A stretch of 62,791 bases of DNA from Priapulus caudatus (GCF_000485595.1 NW_014577092.1:1-62791), one strand, 5' to 3'. Counted from the first letter of the stretch, positions 26,970 through 41,200 are shown. The notes: a model not told the origin generated them from the letters alone. A program made the numbers and translations.

Positions 26970-29900
26970 GTGAGCGCTGTAGGCCTACTTGCATAGTGTA
27001 GTTGTACGTTGCACGTGTTGCTACTGTTGCTTTTAGCTGCTGTCGGTCGTGGTGGAGGATGGTGTGGTTAACCGACTATTGCTGTACTTATTGCAGATTT
27101 TTAGATATAGTGGATTTAGTGCAGTATCGTTTAAACTAAATTAATACCCTAGCTTCTTAGATGAGGTTTAACCCTTTGTTAATCATGCTAGAAATCTGTT
27201 TATAGCATAGGAAACTATATGTGGGAAGTATTCGTGCATGTGTTCGTGTATGCGACGTGTGTGCGCGTGTGCGTGAACGCCTCTATATGCCCGTTTTCTT
27301 AAGCGTCGTTACTCATTTCAGGTGTGTCTGCTATATGTCACTATGCTACTGCATGTTTGTGTGATCGTTTGCTAGTCAGATGAACAAACTAAAAGCCACC
27401 TTCACGACGACGCGCACTGTTGAGTCCAGTAAGTCATCGCACACCTTAGAAGAGACATGGCCCAACAGACGAACGGCAATGAGAAGAGACTTCAGAAGTC
27501 GCATTCCTTGAACGAGCCCAAGCTGGTGGCGCCTCCACGCCGTAAACGCTTGTCACTTCGGCATCTATCCGCATATTTCAACCAGTCGGTGACTGCTGAT
27601 ACCCTGATCGGTTCTGAGCTGACTCACATAGAGCAGCATGCTGTGCCAGGTGAGGAACTGTCCAGTCGTCCTCTCGAGTGGGTCCACTACGGACACAAAA
27701 CAAAAATACTTGCAGTGGTGCTCCAGCCAAATAATAACAATGTCGGGTTTTTAGCTCGCCGTGACATCGTCAACATGATCGAGCTATTGCCATAATGCAC
27801 AGTGCATTTATTTTCGGGGCATTTATTTCTAGCAAGAGAAGTGTGAACACATCTACTAGACATCCTCTAGATAGGAAACTTTAAAAGATTGTGGTGAATA
27901 CTGGGAGGCCCTTTGTCTCGTTGTTGGTGTCACTATTTGCTCAGTTTATCTCTTACTCTACTTTCTGATTTCTCTGATTCTGGCTATCAAATTCTCTCAG
28001 TCAGTGGTAATCTGAAAATACATGGACAGTTAGAAATCAGAGGTCAAAGGTCGGCAGAGTCAAAACGTTAATATTCTGTTTATATCCAGGTCAAATATTA
28101 ACTATATGAATTTTCAAAGAAGGGTGTGATGAACTTGTATTAGTGAAAGTCGTTGTTCTGTGTCTGAGGTGCTAATTTTTTTAGCTCGCCTTGACATTGG
28201 CAAGATGAGCTATTGCCATGGGGTGTCGTACGTCCGTCCGTCTGTCCGTCAACAATAACTTGAGAACCGTTTGACCCACATGTTTCAAATTGCATACAGT
28301 TGTTACTCCTATGGGAGAGATGTGAACGTCCTATTTTGAAGCACGCCAGTTGACCTACTTTCGAGCCACGCTCACTTGTTAGCAAAAATGGAAATGGCCA
28401 TAAGTCAGTTCAGGTTCAACGGATTTTGCTCATTTTTTGGTATGTGAATGAATAAGGACTGGCCCCATAACATATCACACAGGTTTTGATATTTTTTTTA
28501 AATTATGCAAATTAGGTAGATTTTGGCAATTTCACTATGCATTTCAGTGTCTGCCTACGGTCAATGATAACTCAAGAACCGTTTGACCCACATGTTTCAA
28601 ATTGCATGCAGTTGTTACTCCTGCGGGAGAGATTTGAACGTCCTATTTTGGAGCACCCCAGTCGACCTACTTTCAAGCCACGCCTCCTTTTTTTGGCAAA
28701 AATGAAAATGGCCATCTAGATTAATTCGATTTTGTTAAATTTACCTACTTACCTACCTACCCACCCACCTAATCATGCCTACGTGTAATATTGTGTTTTA
28801 TATTCTTCGTTACAGTAATTTGACTGGAATATTTTATTGCTTTTATTTGCGCGATAATCGAAAACCAAAATGGCGATCATTTAGGCGTAGCGCCATCTCT
28901 CGCCCAGATTTCAGACTTTTAGATTCGAAACATTTATTTTCGCATCAAAACTAACCCTGAAACAAAACAGTGAAATTTTTGTTAGTATAAAACAGGGTAT
29001 AAAAACATTTGAGCACATCATAAATACTTACCAAATTTTAAATATCATCTCCCTCTTCTATCACACCCAAGGTGAGCTATAGTGTCATTGACACTTTAAT
29101 TTGAGGGGTGTTGTTGTGTTATTGCAGGGCTGCATGAAACCTCAACATGGTTAGGTGTAAAATCTGGGCTTAGGGCGTGTTTGGTTAGAGCGGATCACTC
29201 TGGTCGTGGTTACTTGGCCTAGATTGGCCCAGTCAAACGCAAATCTTCTTCAAATGGGCGCCTGCATAGTTGGTTTCATGTACCACCGTATTGGATCCTC
29301 TCGATCACATAAGTCAGTAGTGGGCAAGCTTTTTAGAGCGAGTGCCGCATCAGTGGGCCATGAAAAGTCAAAGGGCCGCACTTTTTAAAATCGGGCGGTG
29401 CGCTCTAAGATAATAGGGCCCTACGTGCGTTTCGCCTCAAGGGCGCCATCTCTGGACCATAAACAGCTGAAATGGCATTGCAGAGCGAACCCAGAGACAA
29501 TAGAACACTAATCTGTATGACACTGAAAAAGTCAGCCTCGGGTTCAAGCACAAAAATGTTGACTTTCACAAAAATTTATTTTTTTTAAATATTTTTTTAT
29601 TTTAAATTTGCTGAGCTTCCCGGCCGACACAGAACCCACGTAGAGGGCCGCATGCGCCCGCGGGCCGCAGTTTGCCCACCCCTCACATAAGCAATCAGCC
29701 AAAACGCCCACGATCATTGAAGCCGAAATCATTCGTGATCCTTATTGTTGATTTGTTCAAACGGGCACTTTGGCACAAATGCTTCTATAGTCAGAGTAGA
29801 CAGTAAGCTAATAATAAAGCAGTTATATACTTGCTGTAATTTTTTATAATACCACACAGGCATCCCCTGATTATAGGAAGTTGCTTACGCCATTTCTTAG

Positions 29901-32900
29901 CTGCTATCCGCTACTCCCCTCTTAATGTACCGTATATATTACTCTTCATATCATCCGGGTATCACGCGCTGTGAATCCATGCCGCGTCTGTAGGCGTTTT
30001 TAACGGTACAGCCCGTACCTGTAGCCGACCAATCATCCATGTTCTACGAATTCTAATATCTTATCTATTACTTCACTCCAGCACGTTTGCATTCACTCAT
30101 TATTGGACAACAACTTCCATATACATTTGTAACTTTAGCCCTTACTGCTTTATCTGTTGCTTCGCGAACGTCCATGTTCACTGCCTGTAGCTGCGTTTCA
30201 TGGTGGACTGCAGGCTCGGTGTAATGACATTTCCTTTGTGATAATATCGCTAGTTCGCTTTTGAAATTCTTCGAATATTATTTTTACGAAGTGGTTTGGT
30301 GCGCGAAAAAGACTTAAAACTTGAAGCCGCAGTTTTTTGACAGATGCGCGGCCATTCAGTTGAGTAACTGCATTAATTGTTGCGTAGAGGCGAATAACAT
30401 TATAAAATGTCTTGTTTATCTGCCTTCAAACTGCCCTCTGTTTGGTTGGCCATATGTACCAAATTCCTCTCAAGTGCACACTGATTTACCATATAATAGA
30501 TATATATATATATATATATATATATACTATATATATTCGCCGTTTCTTCTGCGTAAGCCTTTTTTAGATATTGGTTTTGAGCATTACATTAAACTTAGTT
30601 TTGATTGCTCGTTTCCATTTTTTTACTTTTAACAGAGTATATTACAACTGCAAGATGCAGACAACGGCTGAATAATGGTTTTGACTATCTAGTTTTTTTT
30701 TAGCTGTCTGCTACGTTTTTACTTAACGTGGGTGGTGTAACTCCTAGTATTTCAGTGTGTGGTCTCACAGGGTATACACGTAGGCCTATAGCCGGGGCTA
30801 ATGACCCTGATTTATTACACGGGTGGATCTATTACTTGCTGTCAAGAAATGATCGTGTATTTAATCGAAGATGTAAGAAAATTAAGGGCAGTGGACTCTC
30901 GCGAAGGACAATTTAGAATATTATCATAATGTTTAGAAGCTGAAGTTAGAAGCAACTTTTCGCTGTCATACATTGGAATGTAAATATAGGGATGACGGTC
31001 GGATCGGGACGTCATACAGGCTCGTTGGCGAGTCTATCCTAATGCGCCCACTCCGTGTGCAGCAGCTGCACGCGTGTGGGCTGTAGCGCATGCGGCATCT
31101 GCGTTCGGTAATACATTCCAGTGTGCGCCTGTGGGTAACGAACATTCTGAGTAGGTCTTTTAGCATCCGACCATGCGCGCCTGCCGTCGTTATATTGATT
31201 GAAGCCTCTAGCTGACCGATGTAGCAATGGCGGACCTCGTTTACTGAACTAGCTCTGTGTCGTACTGTTGAAGCACCAAGTTATGCGTGATCATCAGCTG
31301 AAGCTTTGCTAGGGAATTCAACTCACCCGTACGACTCGTGAACTACGAAACTGTCCACGTTGGTGTGCAAAAACAGTCCCGTTATAGTGAAATGCTTGTA
31401 AATGTTCTTGGTGCAGGTAGCTGCAGTAGCTTGATCGATCAATGCCGTTCCTGTAGTGTAGTCATGTCATGCAGTCAGGTTTATGTGCTGTCATCAGTGT
31501 ATTATGAGTCGTACTACGAACGCCTGTGTTGCTAGCGGACACGTAATCAACACGGTAGGCTGTACTACTGGAATTATACACGTGGCATTTTGCTTTCAAT
31601 TAGTGTGCGAATGAAACCCAGCTTTTCCGCGACAGTGAATGAGCGACAGGGGACAGAAAAAACATTGTCGGCGTATGGAGTCAATTACGTACTTAGTAAA
31701 TGATATTTTCATCGCGGCTGGTTCCGCAGTTTGGAGAACGATGTCTCTATGTGGACTCGGACGGAAATCACAGGCGGATAAGGAATATGTAGGGCCTTAC
31801 GGGCAGAATCGTCTATTCGGCGTGCAAGGTAGGAGTGTGCCGTCATCGCAGTGTGATGTGGTGCAGTACGTGTATAGGCGATGCTTGATACTGTGGCTCA
31901 TAGGGTCTATGCCCCCCAGGGTACTGCCTGAACGTACCCTGGGTACGGTCCGGTATACCGGAACGTACCCTGGTAACTATCTGATATGGTTAGGGTTAGG
32001 GTTAGAGAGTAGGCGTAGGCGACTCCCTAAACTCGTTAGTGGAGTAGGCGAGGTACGGTCCGGCATATTAGATAGTACCAGGGTACGTTCCGGTATACCG
32101 TACTATACCCAGGTTACGTTCCGGCAGTACCCTGGGGGACATAGACCCTCTCAGCGATACTGTCATGTGTGTGTCGTGGCAGGTTGATATGTTATGGTGG
32201 AGTGCTATTTGATTCTGCTATGTAAAGACATAATGTGTTGGATAGCATAGCAGCTAGTAGTGCAGATGGGGTCGTTGTCGTATCAGGTACTACAGATATG
32301 TACCCGAGGTAGTTTTAGGTTGTTTAGTATTTTTATATGAGGTATCTTTAGGGTTAGGGTTACGGTTAGGGTTAGGGTTAGTGTTAGGGTTAGTGTACAC
32401 TTCTGTAGTACAAGTCTGGCACACTTTGTGTATACATATATGTTCCTCGGGTACATATCTGTAGTACCTGATACGACAACGACCTCTTGAGCGCTAGTAG
32501 TCGCACGTATCCACAGGCACTTGGAGCGTTTCAATAAAATATAATGCTAAATAAATACGAAATCTATTTACTACCAAAGTCTTAATGTTTCTATACTCTC
32601 TATCACCTATTATTGCCAACAATTTCCTGCAAATGCAGTCCAAATGCTCATCTGCAGCAAACGCTGGCTGCCGCTGCACACTGACACATAAATATATTAG
32701 TGTGCAGCGGCAGCCAGCGTTTGTTGCAGATGAGCATTTGGACGGCATTTGCAGGAAATTGTCGGCAATAATAGGTGAAAGAGAGTATAGAAACATTAAG
32801 ACTTTGGTAATAAATAGATTTCGTATTTATTTAGCATTATATTTTATTGAAACGCTCCAAGTGCCTGTGCACGTATCGTTCTACGTTGTGTACAGGGATA

Positions 32901-35225
32901 GGAGCATGCTATGTGTGTATGCGTGCGTGCGTGCGTGCGTGCGTGCATGTGTGTGTGCATGCACGCAGGCATGCACACTTGCGAGCGTATGGTTGTAAAA
33001 CAAACTGTACCATGGAACATATACAATGTTGCCTGATGAGCAGTGCTGCTACTTGTAGGCCTATAGCATTAATGTGGTTTCTCACCACTCATGGTCTGTG
33101 TGATAAAAGTTACTGCATTTGAAAGAACAATAGTATATAAGATCCGGTAAATAGATAAAATAAGGGGGAAAACACATAAAATGCGATAAAAAAAATTCTG
33201 CTAGTAGGTGTCACTGGCATTTTATTTGCTTACAACGAATTATGAGAACATTTTAACACAGTAATTTTTGCAGTTCTTTTGGACATTTAACTCTCTGTCT
33301 GGATTGTGATTATGTATATAAAAAAAGGGGGGATGAGACTAGTATATGGAATTGTATGTATATGGTGTTCTCGTGGTGGATTGTCACGGGATTGTCACAC
33401 CATTGATGGTCGGTTCTCGCAATAGTATTATTTTCTTCTAATTTTAAATATAACAAAGAAATAGTTGTCGGTTGTTCAGGTGTCATGCAGTTTTGTAACC
33501 CTTGAAAATCATTGTTACCCTCAACCTCCAGTCTCTGCATGGTTATATTGATTTTCCTCAATCCACAAAACTCGTAGGAGTTTTGCATAATATCATTCTA
33601 GGAACTGTAAATGCCTCGTGTCTCGGATGACTACGTAAAATGGTAGCTCTACCAGTGTAGCTATCTTTCCCTCACCATGCAATAATTGTATAACATATTC
33701 TAGGCAAAATTGATGCCTTAGTTATTGTGAGGGCGATATTGATTATTGTGGACAGAAAATCAATGTCTGGAAGTTGACTGTAGGCCTACATAGCATTGGT
33801 TTTCCAGGGCTGTAGTGGCCTCCCAAAATGTGCTACTGCAGAAAAATGTAGGATCACCCAGTGATAGGATAGCATAAGTGGCGGTTATGGTGTGTGCCGG
33901 CACACACGGCAAATGCCGCAGTCGCGAAGCCCATGTGGGGGGTCTGGCCGTCTGGGGGCCCTCCCCCAGAAAATCTTTGAAATTTAGAGCCTGGAAATGG
34001 CATTTCCTGCATTTTCAGGCCATGTTGAAAGCAACCAATTCTGATCATTTTAAAAGGTCAATTTGTAAGTTTCAAAAAGGAATGTAGCTAAAGCTGATGT
34101 TTTGACCAAAGTATCTAAAATATATGTTATGAGTATGATAACTAATAAAACATTGTTTACAAATTTGTATATACTATCAGTATCAGTACATAATTATGAA
34201 AAATAAGCCTATTTTCAATCTGCATTTATACTTTCACTATGAACATCTGTATGTTTTGAAGTTTGAAATCACAATACCTTATATATATAGGCACATTGTC
34301 ATATTAAATACACATTCCAAATCTTAGAGCACTGATATAGCACCTCTAATTGATCAGTATTAATAGTAATACCAGACAGTCCAGCTGATAACAGTCAGAT
34401 AACAGTCAGCTCCTTGGTTCCCCGCAAATTTTTTTGTGTCAAAATAGTGGCTGCCGTGGCTGCAACTACGGCCCTGTTTTCACATGCCACAAAATGGGTG
34501 GTACCTGTTCCAATTAACACTGTACATTTGTTGGGGTCAAGAAAGTCATACGGTCAGGCAGTGTGTGCCCCCCCTTAAAAAAAAACGATTGGTTGCCCGA
34601 GCAACCAGGCCATAATTGTTTTGTTACATGTGGAATCAGATGTAATTAAATTATTCCAGGCTATGAGAGTATGCTGGTGAAAGTGATCAATTGGATTTCT
34701 ATTTACTCACTTTATAGTTTACCCATAATTTATTAAGCATAACACAATGATCATTGAACCAATTAAGGGTTACCCAAAATATTAAATGAGCATCGTCCTT
34801 GACCTTTTTTCCTCATAATTACAATCCGGATAGATCGGCTGAAATCTGCAACATTTGGACGAACTATGGCCCTCGCCAAAGAAGCAATGAACTGACATTG
34901 ACGGCAGTATAGTATTTTATGGCAAACATTACTGTGATATATGTTCTGCTGTAACATATAAATCAGGAGTAGATAATAGGGAGGAGTAATCCTATATAAT
35001 CCTGTAATCCTATATAATCCTGTATAATCCCTATTATCTACTCCTGATATAAATTGTACTATGCTCGTCAGGTGTTTCATGTCTACGTACTCTTTTACTG
35101 TGTCCGTGCTAGGTGGCTGCACCACTTTGTGCATGGCAACATTGATTTTAAGCAAACAACATTGTGTTATATTTCATGGCACGTGTTGTGGTCTTTCACT
35201 GTGGTAATTATAGACTGTTTTTGCC

Positions 35226-35264
<39 letters not shown>

Positions 35265-38200
35265 AACCCTCCCTCCCTCCCTCCCTCTCTCTCCAATCTT
35301 TACGCCTTACGCAAATGTACGCACATATGCGAGTACTGCACGTACGAGCATATATACGCGCATGTCTCTGTGTAAGCTTGCTATACGTGGTTTATCCATT
35401 ACATTAATTCTCCGGTTTATGTTTAGCAATTTGCAGGAAACTAAAGTGCCATGCAGAGCCAGCCATTAAATATTAGATTTATATCACGTGATTTATATTG
35501 AGCTTTTCACATGCCTCGGTGCATCCCACAAACCATTTTATTAGCATTAGTAATGAGCAGCATGTATGTATACGCAGATTTTTAGCTGCACGTGTCTGCT
35601 AGGTTTTTGCTCGACGTGGGCGTTGTACCTCCTAGCTAGTATTTCGGTTTGTGGTCACACATAGATATGGCTCATAGGGTCTATGTCCCCCAGGGTACTG
35701 CCGGAACGTACCCGGTACGGCTCCGGTATACGCGGAACGCTACTGGGGGTACGGTCCGGTATACCGAACGTACCTGGTGCGCTATTGATCTGGTTAGGGT
35801 TAGGATTCAGGGATAGGGTTAGGGTTAGGGACGTAGGCGTAGGCGACTCCGGTAGCAACTCGTTAGTGAGTAGGCGAGGTACCGTCCGGCATATTTAGAT
35901 AGTACGCAGGGTACGTTCCGGTGTACCGGACCGTACCCAGGGTACTTTCCGGCAGTACCCCGGGGGACATAGACCCTCTCAGCATAGATATGTATACCCA
36001 GGGCTGGGGATAATGACTTTACATGGGTGGATCTATAAATTAATTGCTGAAAAAATGAAGGAAATTGCATGCAGAAAATTAGGGGCAGTGGGCTGTTTTA
36101 AGAAGGATGATATGATAATTTAGTCTACTATTATTGTGAATTTACAGGTATTATACGTGGCACACTAATATTTATGCATGAGATTCTATACTGAATAATG
36201 TAATAACCAGACCATGCAATCTCGTAATTGAGTAGTGTAACTGCTGTCATTTACATTACGAACTAATACAGTATACATCATGGCTTTTTATCTGTATCAA
36301 GAGCCTATTCGTATACATTTACATTATATATAAATGTTTATATAAAGTTCATTCCTTTGATTTTCACATGCAAACTGCAAAACGTAGATTAACACAATGA
36401 GTTAGTAGGCGCGTTCACACTGGCGTGAATTAGCGGGATGGCAAATCCCGGTTTTTGCATTGCGATCGAAATACGAGATTATTACAAGTGTGAGAAGCAA
36501 TAATCTCCACTAATCAATTGCGCGATCAGCATCGCGCGTCCAAATCGGCACTTTTGACTCGGATTATTTGGAATTAGCTGCGATTATTTGCGTGTGCCGG
36601 TATTCTTTCTATCCTCATCAATTCCAAGCGACGTGAGCAGTGAGCAAATCACCATGAGCATCATTCCGGCAGTGAGCATTGCGCAGTCGATTTAATAGAA
36701 TTATCCCGCTCGGCGATTAGCGACCGATATTTCGCCTGTGTGAAGCAACGACACAATTATCTGCGGTATTTCCATCGCGGTTTTTCTTGTGTGTGAGCAC
36801 GCCTACTAGTGTCATGTAAGCATCACTTTTTGAGGTTTCCCGTGTGGTAGGAGTGGATTGAATTTGTGTCCATGTGTTCACCCCCCCCCCTCTCAACCAC
36901 TGGTAAACAGCAGATTTCGTAGTTCCTTTTCTTGTAGGGACGTCTATTCCTGATGTAGTGAGGTGCCTGACTCGAGGGAATTAACCCAGATCTTATTAGC
37001 TCATCTGACATAGCGGATGCCAGCTTTGTAGATATTGGGGCATTGATTGTCGGCGTGCGTCGCGTGCGTCCGTCAACAGTTGGCATCAAATCTTAACGCT
37101 GCGACGCGGCACGATATTGGGGCGTGGGGGGGGGGGGGTAATCCGAAACACGATTGGAATGCTCGAAGCTGGGCGGGATCAAAAGGTCAAGGTTCAAAGT
37201 CAAGAGGTGTAAATGAAGTGCGGAATACATTCCCTCCGTAATACTTAAGGGTATAGGCGCAGGAAATGCAGATTGCAGCACAAATCTAAACGGCTTCGAC
37301 CGTAGGCTCGTGATAGTGGTGTATAGCAATCATGGTAGGAACAGCAATCACTGTCCTGAAATTTGGAGGTCAACAGGTCAACTGGGGCACTGGCAGATTT
37401 AGACATTTTCTGAGGACATGGTCTGACGGAGCGTTGAAAAACTTTTTTGTTTCACGCGTGACCTACCATTTTACTGGCTTTTATTGAAAGGACATGAAAT
37501 TACTTTTTCCGGCTGACATGGCGAAGAGTAATGTGTTCGGATAATTTTGACCCTCAACGAGGAGGGTTAAACATGGATTTGTCTGACTGTAAGCAGGACT
37601 GAACTGCTTTTGCTATTAGAGCCCCGTCGGCCGCCACCCTCCCTCGCCCTCCCTTCGTCCTTCCTTCACGCCCTCCGCCCCTAACCCGACACTGCTCGAC
37701 GCACCGCCTACCTGACGCTCGCGCATGATTTCATATCCTTGATAACATGTTAATATAGCGAAGTCATTAAAGTTACACAGCTGTATCTTTACTACTTTAC
37801 TACCAGTAGGTATAGCCTATCATAGATTTTAGATCTGTATTAGTAGTATATCCTAGATATATATGCTCTGAGCGCGAACGCGGTGGCAGGAGGGCGGGCG
37901 CACTTGATTCGGTTGCCAGTGAGTTTATCAGAAGAATACCTGGCTACAGTACACGTGAGTTGAGCGCTGCCGCTCTGCGGCACTTGTTATTAAAAGTTCA
38001 AACACTGAGACATAAAATGGCTGGAGTGCAAGTGTGCACAGCCTGCTTCCATCACTCAAGTTAGCCAGTCTGGGATTGGGAATTCGAGCCCTTGGCTTCC
38101 GGTCGGCATGCCCTCTGGCATCATGGGATGCAGGCTGTAATATCGTGAGTTAGCACATCGCCAAGGCCGAGACACAGTAATACAGTATATATAGAGATAT

Positions 38201-41200
38201 ATCATTGTTAGCAAAAGATGGCTGTGTGCTGGGCAAGATATAATGTGTATATGGACTATGGATGTATGTTTCCATCTTTCTATTCATATTGTATAGGTAT
38301 TAGGGGGTTCCAAGTGTCATTGAAAAGTAGAACCAATGTTTGAAATGAGTCCCAGTGGATTCGATGGCATATTTTCAGAGTTGGTGTCTCATACATAATG
38401 AAGTGAAACTTTAGAATATCTTCCATATTTGAATATACCATATTCCATATTTGGATATTCTATTTTTGGAATATCTTGGAATCTCAAAACACTAACTGGA
38501 TATAGCATTAGTTATATTTGTAATATTTATCCAGCTGTGTGTATTGCATACAGAACAAGTCTATAGTAGTTTAGGACCAGACGAATGAATTGATAAAGTG
38601 GTTTGGCAGTGCGTGGCATGTCCCCCTAGCTAGCTGTGGGGACATTTATTGTGGGTATTTCATAATTATTCTTGTGCCAATAGAAAATCTCGTTTTGCTA
38701 TGATATAACATATCATTACATAGAGATTTTGAATATTAGTGATGCCACCAAGCGTTGAATTTCGGCTGCAAATTTAATTCCCATAATCTTCATTAGTCCC
38801 CCTTCAAAGCTGCCCCTAATAACAATGTGTTTTTTGGAATAACCTTCCAGAGAAGTTCATCATACCTTATGAGTGTAAATAAATGCATTTTCAGAAATTT
38901 ATTATTTTTGTTGATATGTACGCAATACATTCAAAGTAAAAGGTGTGCTTGCTCTTTATAGGCCCTATAGGCAAAAATTAGTAAAGGGTCAGTGGTAGAA
39001 TCTACAATAATACCAGTAAATGTTAAATCAACAGTCATATCAGTGAACATTGCAAAGAATTCTGCAGATCTGAAAAAAACTGATGATAATTAAGTAAAAG
39101 CATCACAATTGTGGTAACTGCTAGTCACAGTGTCATCTGTTTTATCTGCTGTGTAGTGTCGTCTGTTGTGTTAGCTGCCAGTTGCAGTGTCTTCAGCATG
39201 GTGTGCTAGCTGGCAGTTGTACTGCCCCTTGTTGTGCTACCCTCCAGTCGTAGTCACTGGCGACGAGATCACCTCTGCGCCCCACCACACTCATGCTACA
39301 GCACACACACATGTATACACTATATATATATATATATATATTTATATAACGTGTGTGTGTGCGTGCGTGCGTGCATGCGTGCGCTGTAGCATGAGCATGG
39401 AAGGAGCAGACTTGATCTCGCTGCCAGTGATCATAGTGCCCTCTGATGCACTACCTGGTAGTATCATGGTACTCTGTTGTGCTATGTGCTTGTTACAGTG
39501 TCATCTGTTGTACTAGCTGGTGTCAGTGCATTCCGTTATGCAACTTGCCAGTTACGGTACCTTCTGGCTCATGATGCTGTTTCTAATAGACCGCTTCACT
39601 TGCAGATAATCTCAAGGAGGATGTCGCACACCTTACTAAAGGCCTGCACATGGTTAAGGTTCGAGGCGCAGGCAAACAGTACTCTCGTCATTTTGAGCTT
39701 ACACCTGATCTCATGGGAATCCGCCAATGTGACTCTAAGAAGTGGATTAAGCGAGGAAATTCCTATTGTAAGTATGAATGATAGATAGCTTGTGGTGTGA
39801 CTACCTTAATTAATAGAGTCATTGAGTATGTGCATATAGTGTTCAAAAGGGCATTTTTAGAAAGGATACTTGAAAATCTCTATATAAATCATCATGATGC
39901 TATTATGATGCTCACCAAAATGAAACTATTCATATCTATCAAAATAATTACAAATCTGCCATGTGCTTTCAGAATGTATTTTCTCTTTGTTCATGCCATA
40001 GAAAGTAAAATCCGTTGTTATTATGGGCTTCATGGCTGATAGAATTAAGAAGCCGTTCGATAGAATATGCATCGTTGTCTATCTCGCATCTCAGTTGACC
40101 TCGCCGAAATCAAGGAGATCCGCTCAGGATGGAACACAGACGTGTTCCAGGCAGCGCAGAAGCGAGCCAGCTATCATGAGCCGCTGGAAGAAGCACACTG
40201 CTTTTCACTGGTGCTGGGAGAAAAACATGACACGCTGGACCTGATTGCGGACTCCGAGGAGGACCGCTCGTGCTGGCTAACAGTTCTCAACACGCTCGTC
40301 AAACGACAGAAGTACTCAGCTCTGCGTCGACGTCACTTCAAGTATCCTTTGCCCATGTGCACTAGTACTACTGAATATTATTTACTGCTACGACTAGTAC
40401 TACTGGACCCTCCACTGTTACTGCTGCCACGGTTGCCACCACCACCGCCAACACTTCTCCATCTATTCCTACTAATGACTCGCTACTAGTTAACACTGAT
40501 GCGGGCAACAGAGGCTCTGTGGTTTTGGATATAAACAGGAAATTTTAGTTTTAATTTATCATTGTGTGTATAGACTTGAAACTGCCTTACATCTAAATAG
40601 TTGTAAATCTATTTCACGAGTCTCTCCATATTCCAGGTAGAAGAACATTACATGAGGGTTTTTTAAACTATGACCAGTACTGCTAGGTTTCTTGACAGTT
40701 GCATTTAGATGGGTAAAGAATCATTTTCTAGCGTCGGATGCCAACAGAGACGGTGTTCTCAACTTTGAGGAGGTCATGAATGTGCTCGGTCAGATGAACA
40801 TCAACATGGATCGCCATCATGCGAAGAATATCTTCAATGTACAACATATTTTACCTTTCTTTAACAAGTTATTGTTAACTTATAGTTTACCATAACGTAT
40901 TATTTTATTATATACTATAACAAGTTATAGTTTAACAAGTGTATAATAGACATTTATGGCCTTATGTCCCATCGGGGGACCAAGTAAGTAAAAATATACA
41001 TTATTAGGATTTTTATCTGAAATTCCCTCCATGCATTGGGTGTTGTGGTTTGTGTTTGATTATTGGTGGTTGGTTTCAGAAAGCCGATGTGAAGAAGCAA
41101 AAAAACAAGAAAGAAGAGGATGCCCTAGATCCAGAAGAATTTGTTCGTTTCTATACATTGCTCCGGCATAGACCTGAAGTATGTATAAATGTTATATAAT

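Noticed and set aside
31829..32187. 182-aa ORF 31639-32187 as a whole protein
   Set aside because: After the donor at 31828 it runs through intron and a MITE
39258..39267. TGGCGACGAG as a second PBS
   Set aside because: It is part of a MITE terminal repeat, with no LTR or gag nearby
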